64,000 nt of DNA from Eledone cirrhosa (GCA_964016885.1 OZ024752.1:17360001-17424000), one strand, 5' to 3'; positions 13,166 through 25,911 are shown, counted from the first letter of the stretch. The notes: generated by a model from the letters alone, not told the origin. Translations and numbers: made by a program.

Positions 13166-13229
13166 TAAGAACAAAGTAGAGGTTTTACATACGAGATTTA
13201 TTGCTTAACCCAGTTATCTTTCCCAGGCA

Positions 13230-13672
13230 GCTCGCTCGTGATCTGGGTTCATCATCCCAGACCAGACTCCAAGTCTGCCTGATCCTCAGACCAGTGTTAA
13301 CACATCGAAAAGGAAGGTAAGGAAAAGAGACTGCTCTAAACTGCCTGCTGTTGAACATCATCTGGTTTTCCAGCACTGTGGTCGAGTCTGCCTGAATAAA
13401 ACTGGTTTGACTAGACACGAACAAAGTCATATCAGTAGACCTTATGTAGATTATGTCCTGAAAAGGTGTAAAGAATGTGGCAAGAAGTGTGCTAGCATGG
13501 GAGGTCTTAAAATACACATGAGAACACACAGCCAGAACAAAGCAATGGAAAGTCCCGGAGGAGCCTATAGCTGCCAAGTATGTGCCAGAGGGTGCACATT
13601 TTTGGCTGGTTTGAAAAGCCACATTCGTGCCTCACATTTGGCTATGCTTGATCATGAGTTTGCGGCCATCAT
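13230..13672 (+). mobile_element. 3' end of the RTE LINE encoding three C2H2 zinc fingers
   Basis: ..HCGRVCLNKTGLTRHEQSH, CKECGKKCASMGGLKIHMRTH, CQVCARGCTFLAGLKSHIRASH. Homologous to the C-terminus at 32491-32800. Followed by a TATG-type tail. Confidence 0.85.
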
Positions 13673-13880
13673 GTATGTGTGTATGTGTATATGTGTGTGT
13701 GTATGTAGGTATGCATGTAAGTCTGCTTGTGTGTGTGCGCGCGCGTGCATGTATGCATGCATATTCGTAACAAGACTAACTATTTAACTTTAAAAAATAT
13801 GAATCTCTTTCTCTCTCTCTTTGTCTCTATATCTCTTTATGCATGCATATATGTGTGTATGTATGCATCTCTCTCTTTCT

Positions 13881-13958
<78 letters not shown>

Positions 13959-13994
13959 CGTGTGTGTGTGCGTGCATGTGTCTGTATGTATGTT

Positions 13995-15507
13995 AGGTCG
14001 CTCTTCAGCGCTACTGGTAATAGGTAACCCAGTACAACCTGTTCATGGTTGGATCGTCGGCGACTAAAACTGCAAGTTCGCCCAGCTTGATTGGTGAGGA
14101 GGAGGATTTTGGACACCCTGCGAGATGCAAAACAAAACCCGTCAAAGGGTGGGAATCAGGAGTATAAACGGCCATCCAAGAAAGTATTTTTTAAGGGGGG
14201 GGGGGGGGGGTGGAAGGAGAGAGCCCTCGTCTTAATTAAGACATCTCTCTGGAAGGTCACTCTGATATAAAACCTGCGACATCGTTTGCATCCAATGGTG
14301 TAGACCAGTTCTATTTTTTGAGTAAATGTATTCGATGTTCAGAGGGTGGGATTGGCTCCGTGCACAGTCTTTCCTCACTTAAGAAAGTTTCAAGCCCCGG
14401 CATCGCTTGATATGTGACATTTTTTGTGATGCATGGTATTGCTGGCCATAGGCAGGTCCCTAGCAGGACTAAAAAGCTACGTCCGTGATATTCATGCTTA
14501 AGTTTCAAGCGATGGCATTACGCGAAATCGAGTTTCATGTATGTATGTATGTATGTATGTATGTATGTATGTATGTATGTATGTATGTATGTATGTATGT
14601 ATGTATGTATGTATGTATGTATTGGGTAAGAGAGTGCGACTGGCTTTGTGCAGTGCCTTTGCTCACTATAAAAGCTTCACGGCACAGGCATTGCTTTATA
14701 TCTGGAGATCTCTCTGCACTTGTCGTCACATGGTACAATGGGCCCAGCACTATGTGTCAATAATTGTCACAAGTGTAGTGTTTGTACCAGAGTTTTCAAG
14801 TCGCTGGCTGGACTAAAAAGTCACACTCGTTCAGCGCATCGGTAGGGGTTCTCCTACATGGATATAAAGTAGTGGCCGTACTCGAAAACGAGTTGGCAGC
14901 CACCATGTATGTATGTATGTATGTATGTATGTATGTATGTATGTTATCTACTGGTAACATGTATCCCAGTACAACCTGCCTCATGGTCGGGTCGTTGGCG
15001 ACTAAACTGGCAACCCCACCAAGGTTTCTTGGTGAGGAGGGTGACTTTGGACATCCTGCAGGACTAAAAACAAAACCTGTCAAAGGGCAAAGGAGCTCTT
15101 AAGAGTCAATGGCCATCCAAAATCACCGGGAGAGATGACCCCTTAGCCTTGTCTGATATAACACCTGCAACCCTGATGGTATCCAATGATGTTGACTTGT
15201 TCTTCTTTTTGGTAAATATCATCTTGGTTAAGAGAGTGGGACTGGCTTTGTGCAGTGCCTTTGCTCACTATAAAAGCTTCACGGCACAGGCATTGCTTTA
15301 TATCTGGAGATCTCTCTACACTTGTAGTCACATGGTACCATGGGCCCAGCACTATGTCTCAATAATTGTCACAAGTGTAGTGTTTGTACCAGAGTTTTCA
15401 AGTCACTGGCTGGACTAAAAAGTCACACTTGTTCAGCGCATCGGTAGGGTATCTCCTACATGGATATAAAGTAGTGGCCGTACTCGAAAACGAGTTGGCA
15501 GCCACTA
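13995..15507 (+). mobile_element. Cluster of non-autonomous retroposons separated by (TATG)n tails
   Basis: 14626-14905 is near-identical to 15226-15507. Heads at ~14010 and ~14950 match 31780-31975 (minus). Each unit ends in (TATG)n. Confidence 0.75.
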
Positions 15508-15576
15508 TGTATGTATGTATGTATGTATGTATGTATGTATGTATGTATGTATGTATGTATGTATGTATGTATGTAT

Positions 15577-16275
15577 GTTCTTCTGGTTTTATAATTTCAT
15601 AAGGTTTTACCAATAGAGAGAGAGTCGGTTTCTAACATAGACACAAGGCTCTCTCATTGGAATTTACACAACATCAACTAGGTAGATATGTATGCATGCA
15701 TGCGTAGATATGGATGTTATTGTATGTGTGGATGTGTATGTTTTGAGTTGTATGTGTGCATGTGTATATGCTTTTTATCTGTACATGTGTATAAGCAGTT
15801 ATTAGATGCAAAATATTTGGAATGTTTTACATATTCTTTACTGTTCTATTAATGGATTGTACTTGTAGTTTCCTAACTAGTTGTTCTTTCTGTTCCTGTG
15901 AAGCCTAGCTTCTCAAGATTTGTATTGAGGCAGTTACTAACATATGCCAGTGCTCCAATAATCACAGGCATAAATCTGAAGGTGTAATCAGGGTGGAGTA
16001 TCTGCAGATTTCTCATCAGTTCTGCATAAATATTCTCCTTTTCACTCATCTTTGATATTATATTGGCATCTGCTAGGCAGCTAATTTCCACTACTGTGTA
16101 TGTTTTCTTTTCCCTTTCCCATATCATAATATCTAGTCTGTTATGCCTGCATTTTATTGGGGTTTTTACTGGAACATTTCACCAGTACTCTTTCATATTA
16201 TGTACATATGTCTTCCACATTGCTGTAGCTTTTAATGTGTTTATTATCGGGGCTATCTTTTTTACGAACTGCATT
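15577..16275 (-). mobile_element. 5'-truncated copy of the R4/Dong-like element (REL endonuclease plus 3' UTR)
   Basis: Near-identical to 30765-31440 (DIMIWE...VEISCLADAN). (TATG)n at both ends. Confidence 0.9.
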
Positions 16276-16391
16276 GTATGTATGTATGTGTGTGTGTAAG
16301 CATGTATTCATGTGTGGTGCAAGCTGAACTATCGAAGATATACCCAAATTATAGATATTGTTCAGGTGTTTTGCAACCTTTATTCATATAA

Positions 16392-17792
16392 CTAAAGACG
16401 AATCCATTGTGGCAGAAAATAATCATTATAGTCAGCACTGTACGCATTTCGAAGTCCGGATTTTTCTTTAGCTGGTGGGAAAAAGTAAGTAACTTTTCCT
16501 TTACATAAGAATCCAGCCCACCAGCTGAAACTACCTATAGAAGAAATCAAATGATCACTGCTAGATAGAATAGCCATATCTTCTGTTGCTGAGTTACCCT
16601 TTACAAAATAAGTACTATTGTCAAATATATTTTTTTCACACCATGGTATACCATTAGAACAAACAATAAATATCACATTTTTATAATGAGATCGAAACCA
16701 TTCTTTTGCCTTTATGAAATATTCCTTTGTAGCCACGTTATGTCCATGAGAGTTGTTAACCATATCACCACGTCGTACATGTATTCCCACCAACGTCCAG
16801 TTCTTTATTGATGTATTTATAGAAATGTTTTCATGAGTTTTAACAAAGTTCCTTAGAATTCTAACAGCTTTCTGTTTAATGTTCTTTTTAAAAGTGAACT
16901 GGGAATGGATTTCGTCGAATATGTGTTCAAAATACTTGTAAGACTGTAAATATGTTCCAATAATAATATTGTTATTATTACTAATATTAAAGAAACTAGG
17001 ATCAAAAGAACTGGCATGGTGTTCATATTTTCTTTTAGCCTTATTGCAAGAAGATTTATTTTTCTCAAAACCGTATATATTAAATATTTTTTGTAAATTT
17101 ATGTCATCATTACGAATAGTCACATTCATATTTTTTAGTCTTGCTAAACCTAAACCCGTTGCAAAAATAAACATTTGATTACCCAACCTTCCAATTAAAT
17201 TGATGCACACGTATTTTTGTGTAGTTCTTTGTCTTTCCAAACTTGTAGTATTATTGTAGGTAGGTGGTTGAGTGCTTGTTGTTCGTGTTTCCAAACTTGT
17301 TGTGTTATGGTAGGTAGGTGGTTGAGTACTTGTTGTTCGTGTTTCCAAACTTGTAGTGTTATGGTAGGTAGGTGGTTGAGTGCTTGTTCGTGTTTCCAAA
17401 CTTGTAGTGTTATGGTAGGTAGGTGGTTGAGTAGATGTTATACGTTTCTTCAACATGGTCGTCTTAAGAAGAGTAGACGGTGTGGTGAACTTTTCCAATT
17501 TGCTATTTCTTATAAAATTGACTGGTGATTTGAAATTAACTATTCTTTGTTGAATTCCGGTGAAGGGAATTCCCATAAAGACAAAATACAGGGAAACAAC
17601 AGCCAACATACAAAGCCATAGAAACTTGCGTTGATCTGTAAAATAAAAGTAGAAACTATGTAATGTAACTAGCTGGCCCCGTGCCGTCAAAAATGATGGC
17701 TCATTGTAATATCTATACATAATATAAACAAGAGATGTTTGTTGTTTGTTTCTTGGCACAAGAGTGATACGAATACACAAAGGCACAGCCAA
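16392..17792 (-). CDS. Glycosyltransferase family 11 alpha-1,2-fucosyltransferase (FUT1/FUT2-like), type II membrane protein. True 5' boundary is probably a splice acceptor at 17636/17635.
   Basis: Motifs GRLGNQMF, GTYLQSYKYF, VGIHVRRGD, DMAILSSSDHLISSIGSFSWWAGFL, FLPQW. TM segment FLWLCMLAVVSLYFVFMGIPF. Thr-rich stem. Intact frame. tttctacttttattttacag just upstream of the TM. Confidence 0.95.
   Translation of the reverse strand: MAVPLCIRITLVPRNKQQTSLVYIMYRYYNEPSFLTARGQLVTLHSFYFYFTDQRKFLWLCMLAVVSLYFVFMGIPFTGIQQRIVNFKSPVNFIRNSKLEKFTTPSTLLKTTMLKKRITSTQPPTYHNTTSLETRTSTQPPTYHNTTSLETRTTSTQPPTYHNTTSLETRTTSTQPPTYNNTTSLERQRTTQKYVCINLIGRLGNQMFIFATGLGLARLKNMNVTIRNDDINLQKIFNIYGFEKNKSSCNKAKRKYEHHASSFDPSFFNISNNNNIIIGTYLQSYKYFEHIFDEIHSQFTFKKNIKQKAVRILRNFVKTHENISINTSIKNWTLVGIHVRRGDMVNNSHGHNVATKEYFIKAKEWFRSHYKNVIFIVCSNGIPWCEKNIFDNSTYFVKGNSATEDMAILSSSDHLISSIGSFSWWAGFLCKGKVTYFFPPAKEKSGLRNAYSADYNDYFLPQWIRL
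17234..17437 (-). repeat. Coding tandem repeat, 4 x 51-54 bp, (T)TSTQPPTY(H/N)NTTSLETR
   Basis: taggtggttg at 17261, 17315, 17369 and 17420. Confidence 0.95.
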
Positions 17793-18022
17793 TGTGTAGT
17801 CAATTCGCTATACATATACACAGACAAGTGTGACGAACCATAGAACGCTGGACTGCTATAGTTTCTCACCACTCTCCCTTCCTCAGTCATCACATACATG
17901 TGTGTGTATGTAATAATCATTTCTCTAAGTGTGTCTGTTTATATATATGTATGTGTAGATGCATGCGTGTATTTGTAATTGTATAGTCTACGTATCTTTC
18001 TAAATAAAACACACACACACAC

Positions 18023-18061
<39 letters not shown>

Positions 18062-18284
18062 TATTATATATAAATATAATTTACACAAACACACACACAC
18101 GCACAAACACTCACATAATCATAACAGCCAATGTGTGTAGCCAATTTACTATACATATACACACACATACAGGAGTAGCGAATGTTAGACGCTGCTTCCT
18201 GTAGTTTGTCATCATCCCTTCCTTCCTCAGTCATCCCTTGTGCGTGACGTCTCACCCCTTCCTTCCACAGTCATCTCTAGTGCG

Positions 18285-18676
18285 TGACGTCATCACCTCT
18301 TCCTTCCTCAGTCGACGTAATCCCTCTTCCTTCCTCAGTCGACGTTATCACCCCTTCCTTCATCAGTCGACGTATTCCCTCTTCCTTCCTCAGTCGACGT
18401 TATCACCCCTTCCTTCCTCATTCGACGTTATCACCCCTTCCTTCCTCAGTCGACGTAATCACCCCTTCATTTCTCTGTCGATGTAATCACCCCTTCCTTC
18501 CTCAGTCGACGTAATAAACCCTTCCTTTCTCAGTCGACGTAATACCCCTTTCCTTCCTCAGTCGACGTAATACCCCTTTCCTTCCTCAGTCGACGTAATA
18601 CCCCCTTCCTTTCTCAGTCGACGTAATACCCCCTTCCTTTCTCAGTCGACGTAATACCCCCTTCCTTCCTCAGTCA
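18285..18676. repeat. 27-28-bp minisatellite (cagtcgacgtaatacccc(t)ttccttcct), about 14 copies
   Basis: Directly visible. GTCGACG in nearly every unit. Confidence 0.95.
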
Positions 18677-18729
18677 TGACTAGTATGTGACGGAGAGTAA
18701 TTTTAAATGTAATAAATAACGAAAAATTT

Positions 18730-18850
18730 AGCGGAGGTACATAAGGAATTATGTCGACCCAGTTCTGCTTGAAGCGTTGAGTTATGGCCTTTAAGTTCTG
18801 AGTTCAAATCCCGCCGAGGTTAACTTCGCCTTTCATCCTTACGGGGTCGA
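18730..18850 (+). mobile_element. Nin/Deu SINE 5' part (a matching 3' part lies at ~19612-19670)
   Basis: gagttcaaatcccgccgaggttaacttcgcctttcatccttacggggtcga. Confidence 0.75.
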
Positions 18851-18894
18851 AATGGTTTAAGCATACATATATGTGTATATGTATATGTGTGTGC

Positions 18895-18943
<49 letters not shown>

Positions 18944-19288
18944 GTAATAATAAACATTTGAAGACTAAAATCCAAAGAGGGCTCGATAAGGATAAAAATA
19001 TATCAAATATATAAGAACCGTAGAGCAAATATTTATTAAAATAACAGATTAAAGTTTAAGCAAAGAATCGCTGCTTTCACCCTTAACGGGATCTTCTGAA
19101 ACTAACAAAGTCAATCTGTAAACGCAGAAGTGAATATTTCAAAAAACGTTACAACCGGAGGAAGACAGGAAGACGATACTTTGGTTCGTGGAAACGTTCC
19201 CTGGCAAAGAACGGGAAAACACGAATATAATACGTCATTATTTGGAGCGGTGAAAAACAATTACACGCAAATATATATATATATATAT

Positions 19289-19414
<126 letters not shown>

Positions 19415-19778
19415 GAATTAGAATTTCGTATTTCTTTAGAAATACGTAATCCAAATATATATAAATATATATATATGAGTTCGGATCTAGCTGGTGAAAC
19501 AACCGGAACTCAGCTGTCGGGGTCCTGACTTTTCCTATTACCCATTCTACTAATCTAATTATCGAGTACACTAGTACCTTATGGTTCACCTGGTTTCTCT
19601 AGCTTCACGCATAGCACCAGTAATGTACTGGGGTAATTGTTGGCCTTCTGCCAAAACTAGAAACAATTATTGGAGGAAATTACACCCGGCAGCATCGAAA
19701 TGGTTTAAGCATGCACATATATGCGTATATATGTGTGTGTGTGAATATATATATATATTTTTTCTTTTTGAATATATA

Positions 19779-20491
19779 TCTATATATATATAAAGATGAA
19801 GTTTTCTGTATGTGTATGTGGACAATTTTTAATGAGGGCTCATATATTCTAAACCATTCATGCGATTTCTTTTAAATTTTTTACAGAGCTTCTCCTTGCA
19901 CAAAACCTGTACATGATCTACAAAGGCTTTCAAAAATCGATATTGGGACCTTTGGAGACATTAAAAAAGTTTCGGTTATTTGTGTGAATTTTCGAGATTA
20001 CGTAAGACAAGAGTTATCTTTAAGTGAAGACAAGAGTTACCTTTCATAATTCGGCTCATTCGGATTTTAATTTACTCTTTGTACTTGAAACAAAAGCTAC
20101 GCTTCCTTGAGACTAACAATATCATTTTGTATATTTTACAACCAGCAATTTCTAACAGATTACTAAGTTAAGTTATAGATTTGACATTGTATAATTTATC
20201 GTTTCAAGCTTGATGTTCATACATTAAGTGATGTCATAACTTTTATAATATTATGCTTTGTACATAATAGTGTCTATTATTCACTTCACTTCTCTATTTC
20301 ATGATGCGCTTTTACTGTTGTCAAAAAAGACACCGAGATCACATATTAATTATTTCGCTGGAATAGTGCCTAAGGTTTTCATGTTTACATAAAGTACGTT
20401 TTTCTTCTATGTATGCAAATTTACTTTGTTTAGTTTAATGAGCTACACCGAAAGCTACTTGAACCGTCCAAAGGACGGGTAGTTTAACTAG
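19779..20491 (+). mobile_element. Non-autonomous Helitron
   Basis: Starts A|TCTATATATATATAAAG. Ends with hairpin ccgtcc-aaa-ggacgg (20464-20478), then CTAG|T about 10 nt later. No TSD. Confidence 0.7.
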
Positions 20492-21199
20492 TATAGAATA
20501 GAATTAGAATTTAGCTTCGAGCATAGCTGTATACAAATATGTATTTGAATTTCGTATTTCTAAAGAAATACGGTATGTTTATAACTAAACATTTACAAAA
20601 GCCGTAGCTTAAGTTTTTTGTTATACACGTACCGTATTTCTGGTTTCATTAGCTTTACCCATAGTTGTATACATACATGTATTGAAATGTATGTTTATCC
20701 ATAAACGTACATACATATGTATGGATAATAAACATACATATATATGTTTATCCCAAGTGTCTGCTTGGTAATCTGCTCAAAATAAATGTTTGGCTTATTT
20801 TATTATATGAGAAAATTCTTTCTTTTTCCAACACCACCACCTCCACCCTTCCATTACCATCATCATCATCACCACCACCAACACCACTATCATTATCATC
20901 TTCGTCACCACTACTGTCACTAGCACTACCGTAGCCACCAACCACAACCATTTCACTACATCTCACCCCTTTCTCCTGTTCCGATCTTAAACACAGACTG
21001 AAATCCATACCTTTCGCAAATCTTTCCCTCTCTCTATCTCTTTCCTTTTCTCTCCCATTCTCTTTCTCTCACTATATCTTCCCTACACTCTCTCTTCCAT
21101 TCTCTCTCTGATATTTTCTCTCTCCAACACTCCCTTTCTCTCGCAGACTATCTTTCCCTCTCGCTCTCTCATTCTCACCCTCTCATTCCATTTACCTCT

Positions 21200-21649
21200 A
21201 ATGAGGAATCTGCAGATACTCCATCCTGACTATCCCTTCAGATTTATACCTGTGATTATTGGAACACTGGGATATGTTAGTAACTGCCTCAGTACAAATC
21301 TTGATAAGCTGGACTTCACAGAACCAGAAAGAACACAATTAATTAGGAAATTACAAGTACAATCCATTAATAGAACAGTAAAAATATGTAAAACATTCCA
21401 AAAATTCTTCATGTAAATATTGCATGTACACATGTACAGATACAAAACATATGACCATGCACACATATAACTCAAAATATCTACATCCACACATACAATA
21501 ACATCCATACTTACACACACACACGCATGCAGATATACATACGTAACTACCTAGTTGATGTTGTGTAAATTCCAATGAAAGAATCTTGTATCTATGTCAG
21601 AAACCGACTCTCTATTGGTAAAATATATAAGAAATTATAAAACCAGAAC

Positions 21650-21650
<1 letters not shown>
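21200..21650 (+). mobile_element. Short 3' copy of the R4/Dong-like element
   Basis: MRNLQILHPDY...KICKTFQKF plus a 3' UTR matching 30995-31440. Confidence 0.9.
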
Positions 21651-21686
<36 letters not shown>

Positions 21687-21728
21687 ATTAACAACAAAGA
21701 GCGCTTAGAACATAGGTATATCTTTAAT

Positions 21729-21774
21729 TGCTAACAGTGTTTCGTCCACACTAGAAGTGGGACTCTTCAGAGCA
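21729..21774 (-). ncRNA. Hammerhead ribozyme, family F (inverted copy, GUU triplet)
   Basis: Reverse complement of 22875-22920 with C>T at the cleavage position. Confidence 0.75.
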
Positions 21775-22041
21775 TAAAGAGTAAATACATAGTATACAAG
21801 CATTGACAAAGCCAAAACAGTAAAAATATGTAAAACTGTTGAACTGCGGCTAACTGCAACACCTAAGGCGTTCGCGTGCTCCTGATATATTCCATATATC
21901 ACCATGAGTCAACACTAGTGTCACCTTAGGATTTCTATAATAATATTATTATTACATGCCCTAATAATTACCATCTTGATTACCCTTATTACATCTTTTT
22001 ACCCCCAGTTACATTTTTATAAATATGCATTACTTGGACTG

Positions 22042-22081
<40 letters not shown>

Positions 22082-22874
22082 TTGTATATACGTCTCTTGT
22101 ATATATATTTTTTATATATATTTTTGTATATATTTTTGTATATTTTATATATTGTACGTATATCACTTGTTGAACATAGCTTGATAGCTTATGCATTTGC
22201 CAGTCTTATCTTTACCCACACCTTCCTTTATGGTGTATATTTTACTCCATTTTTTTTGGTGTATTGTTTTATTTATCTTCTGGTGTATATTTGACTTTAC
22301 TTTATTTTATTTTATTCTATTTTATTTTATTTTTTATTTTTTATCTTTTATCTATTTTTTATCTATTTCTTATCTATTTTTTATCTATTTTTTATCTATT
22401 TTTTAATCTATTTTTTATCTATTTTTTATCTACCTCTTATCTATTTTTTATCTATCTCTATCTCTTAACTTGTGCCCATCCGTCTATGATATGTTATTTG
22501 TATTAGTGTATACTGTATGTGTTGCATATGGGTGCTTGTGTGTAGGTGCATGCGGGTGCTCATGCTTATGCGTATACTTGTATGTAGCTGTATGTTAACG
22601 GAACCCTGCCCAACTGTGAGTGATAACATTTCTTTTTTATTTTTCATTTTTATTTTTATTCTTATTTTTATTTTTATTTTTATTTTTATTTTTATTTTTA
22701 TTTTTATTTTTATTTTTATTTTTATTTTTATTTTTATTTTTATTTTTATTTTACTCTTTTCTTATTTTACTCCTTTTACTTTACTCTTTAAACTCCTCCC
22801 AACTTATGGTATCCCCACACATATTCTTCTGTTTTGGCTTTGTCAATGCTTGTATACTATGTATTTACTCTTTA

Positions 22875-22920
22875 TGCTCTGAAGAGTCCCACTTCTAGTG
22901 TGGACGAAACACTGTCAGCA
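22875..22920 (+). ncRNA. Type I hammerhead ribozyme, family F
   Basis: tgct-CTGAAGA-gtcc cac ttcta gtg t ggac-GAAA-cactg-TC-agca. Canonical GUC site. Confidence 0.9.
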
Positions 22921-23047
22921 ATTAAAGATATACCTATGTTCTGAGCGCTCTTTGTTGTTAATTGTATTACGGCTCTGTCCTCTGACATTGAGCTAACCAT
23001 ATACTGCCTATTTGATAAGTGGAGTGTTACACACTCCCAATTCTCTC

Positions 23048-23118
<71 letters not shown>

Positions 23119-23154
23119 GTTGAAAATTGCAAACTTGACTGTCACCACATATTA

Positions 23155-23193
23155 TGAACCTGAAGATTGCGAAAGCATGAAAGTACTTGATCA
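23155..23193 (+). ncRNA. Minimal hammerhead ribozyme, family M
   Basis: tgaac-CTGAAGA-t tgc gaaa gca t-GAAA-gtac-TT-gatca. Palindromic AGTACT; one mismatch in stem I. Lies 40 bp from a TA tract. Confidence 0.65.
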
Positions 23194-23343
23194 ATTAACA
23201 CTTAGAATTTAATATTCTATCATACTATTTCATTATAATACCATTATAAATTTTAAAGGATTGTAAATAAAACGAGTAAATCAGACAAAGTTGGAATTCC
23301 TCTTATTAATATAATCTTCTATACACAATCATATACACCCGTG

Positions 23344-23462
<119 letters not shown>

Positions 23463-23760
23463 GTATGAGACGTAGCTCCGTTTAATTGATTATTTGTCTA
23501 GTTAAGTGCTACGGGCTAAGAGGAAAAACTGGATACATTTTATCTTACTGATCCTCGGGGAGAATAGTCGGTATCATTTGTCTATTATTTCTTCGAAGTT
23601 ACATTTAAAACTTATAGATCAGTTTAAATGATTATTTATCTAATTGATTTCTACGGACTAGGGTGAAGAAAGATTGGGTGTATTTTATCTAATAATTCTT
23701 CAAACTTACAATTTTATATATATATATATATGTATATATATATACAAACATACATACATA

Positions 23761-23890
<130 letters not shown>

Positions 23891-23901
23891 ATGTATATAT
23901 A

Positions 23902-23960
23902 CTAGACCACCCGTGACCAGTTGGGTCACGTTCGTTTCAAAATATTTTTTAAATAATTAA
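23902..23960 (-). mobile_element. Helitron-type 3' terminus
   Basis: Minus strand cgtgacc-caact-ggtcacg hairpin, then ggtggtCTAG|T. Confidence 0.45.
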
Positions 23961-24178
23961 AATATACACAGACATGTATATAATGTGAAATGGAACTGGA
24001 AGGCCCATACATATATGCGTGTGTATATATATATAGGAACAAGTAAGACCCCGACGGCTGAGCTCAAGCCGTTTCGACGGCTAATTCTGGACTGTTCCTA
24101 TTACCCACTCTACTACCCTAAGTATTGAGTACTTTGGTGCGTTATGGTCCACCTGGTTCCTTACCACTTTTCCTTCGT

Positions 24179-24209
<31 letters not shown>

Positions 24210-24308
24210 AATTAGTATATCTACCAACATATGTATACCTATGCTAGCAAATATATATGTTATGTCTTAGTAACTTTGTGGTTCTATGCAAGGGGATGCA
24301 GAACAATT

Positions 24309-24582
24309 ATATGAAAGACGTAAAATAAGAAAATTATTAAAATTAACTTACTTACTAAAATTTTCACTCCAACTAATTAGTTTCTGTAAGGGAATAAATA
24401 TAGTTACGCAACGCAACCATAGAAAAATCCTTACGTCATCAGGGAGTCTATTCTCAGCTAAGGATTTCTCTATGGTTGCGTTGCGTAACTATATTTATTC
24501 CCTTACAGAAACTAATTAGTTGGAGTGAAAATTTTAGTAAGTAAGTTAATTTTAATAATTTTCTTATTTTACGTCTTTCATA
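24309..24582. repeat. Near-perfect foldback (~125-bp arms, ~24-bp spacer) of a family G element
   Basis: 24309-24433 is the reverse complement of 24458-24582. Homologous to 41838-41995. Confidence 0.9.
24366..24447 (-). ncRNA. Type I hammerhead ribozyme, family G variant
   Basis: actcc-CTGATGA-c gtaagg...ccttac a-GAAA-ctaattag-TT-ggagt. Confidence 0.8.
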
Positions 24583-25675
24583 TATATATATGAATAAAGT
24601 TAGTCCTTCATCAGTGATCTTCCAACCTTCATTGGTATTTCATCGCTTTATAGACCATATACCTCCGGTTGGTGCGAGCAACGGCTAAAGAAAGTCGTTG
24701 GGACACGTAAATAAGGGGAACGAGCGAGACTGCAAACAAACAAAGATGGTAATGCAACGCAAAGTGAGGAAGAAAGAGTCAAGGCCCAGATTTCCATGAA
24801 TATAAGTTCGGTGAAATCGTGAACGAGAGAGAATAAAGACCATCAAACCTAGTCGAAATGTGACCCAGGAAGGAATTTCGCACAGGTCAAACGGGAGGAA
24901 GAAGGAGTCTAGTCCCTTAATTCGGTGAACATAAGTTCTGTGAAATTATAGACAAGAGAGAAAAAAGGAACAACCAGCCTGGTCAAGCGTGCGCGAGAAA
25001 AGAATTACGCACAGGTGAAACGGGAGGAAGTAGGAGAGGTAGTAGCAGAGAGTGAGTGAGTGAAGGGCGATGAAGAGGCTAACAGAGAGAGTGACTGTTA
25101 GAGAGGGTAAAGGGAGGTGAAAGATACAGAGAAAGAGGAAGCAGTAAGAACGAATATATATATATATATATATATATTGGTAAACGGAATAGAAAATGCT
25201 GACAAATTGTTCACAGTGGAAAATAGTTTAATGAGGAATAAATGAGAATTAGTAATTGTATTGGTTAGTATTCAGTTTTGGTTTTAAGTTTTACCGGTTG
25301 CGCATTTCTAAATGCTTTTCAAAAATAATTTTGAGATAGAGCGTCCGTGATGTTTGCTCCGATCTGATTAGTTTTGGGAATTCTACCTGTTTTTATGTTA
25401 AAAAAGTGGCTCCAGCGCTATTAAAATTGGTTTTTGCGCCAATTCGTGTTGCAAAAATTCTTGTGGTCAAAACAATTTTGATTGGTCGGTAGAGGTCATG
25501 TGAATGTAAAAAATTGATTTTGCGCCAAGACTGAGAAATGACTCTTTCACAACAAATATGTGTGTATGTGTGTGTGTGTGTAGTAGTAGTAAAGTGTTCG
25601 TTGTTGTGATAATGGTTAGCAGGGACGTGTGTGCGAACCGCAGCCTGTTGACAGTTCAAATGCTTATTAAGACAC

Positions 25676-25766
<91 letters not shown>

Positions 25767-25874
25767 GCAGAGTAATTCGTGGTAGAGGGATGGTCAGTAG
25801 GAATGTGTCTGTAAGTGAGTGGAGGATATTTTAACATGTTAAAAGATATTTTTCAGCTCTTGTCTTATACGGAG

Positions 25875-25911
<37 letters not shown>

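Larger units (their letters stand above)
21684..22965. mobile_element. Foldback element (family F): ~140-bp inverted arms, each with a hammerhead, around a T-rich core
   Basis: 21684-~21822 is the reverse complement of ~22827-22965. TA tracts on both sides. Confidence 0.85.

Noticed and set aside
14955-15015. HDV-like ribozyme in the retroposon head
   Set aside because: The nested double pseudoknot (P1, P1.1, P3) could not be built by eye. Kept only as a generic structured-RNA candidate.
25400-25540. CCAAT and E2F-like motifs (ttttgcgccaa twice) as a promoter
   Set aside because: Short motifs with no linked exon; could be repeat-derived.
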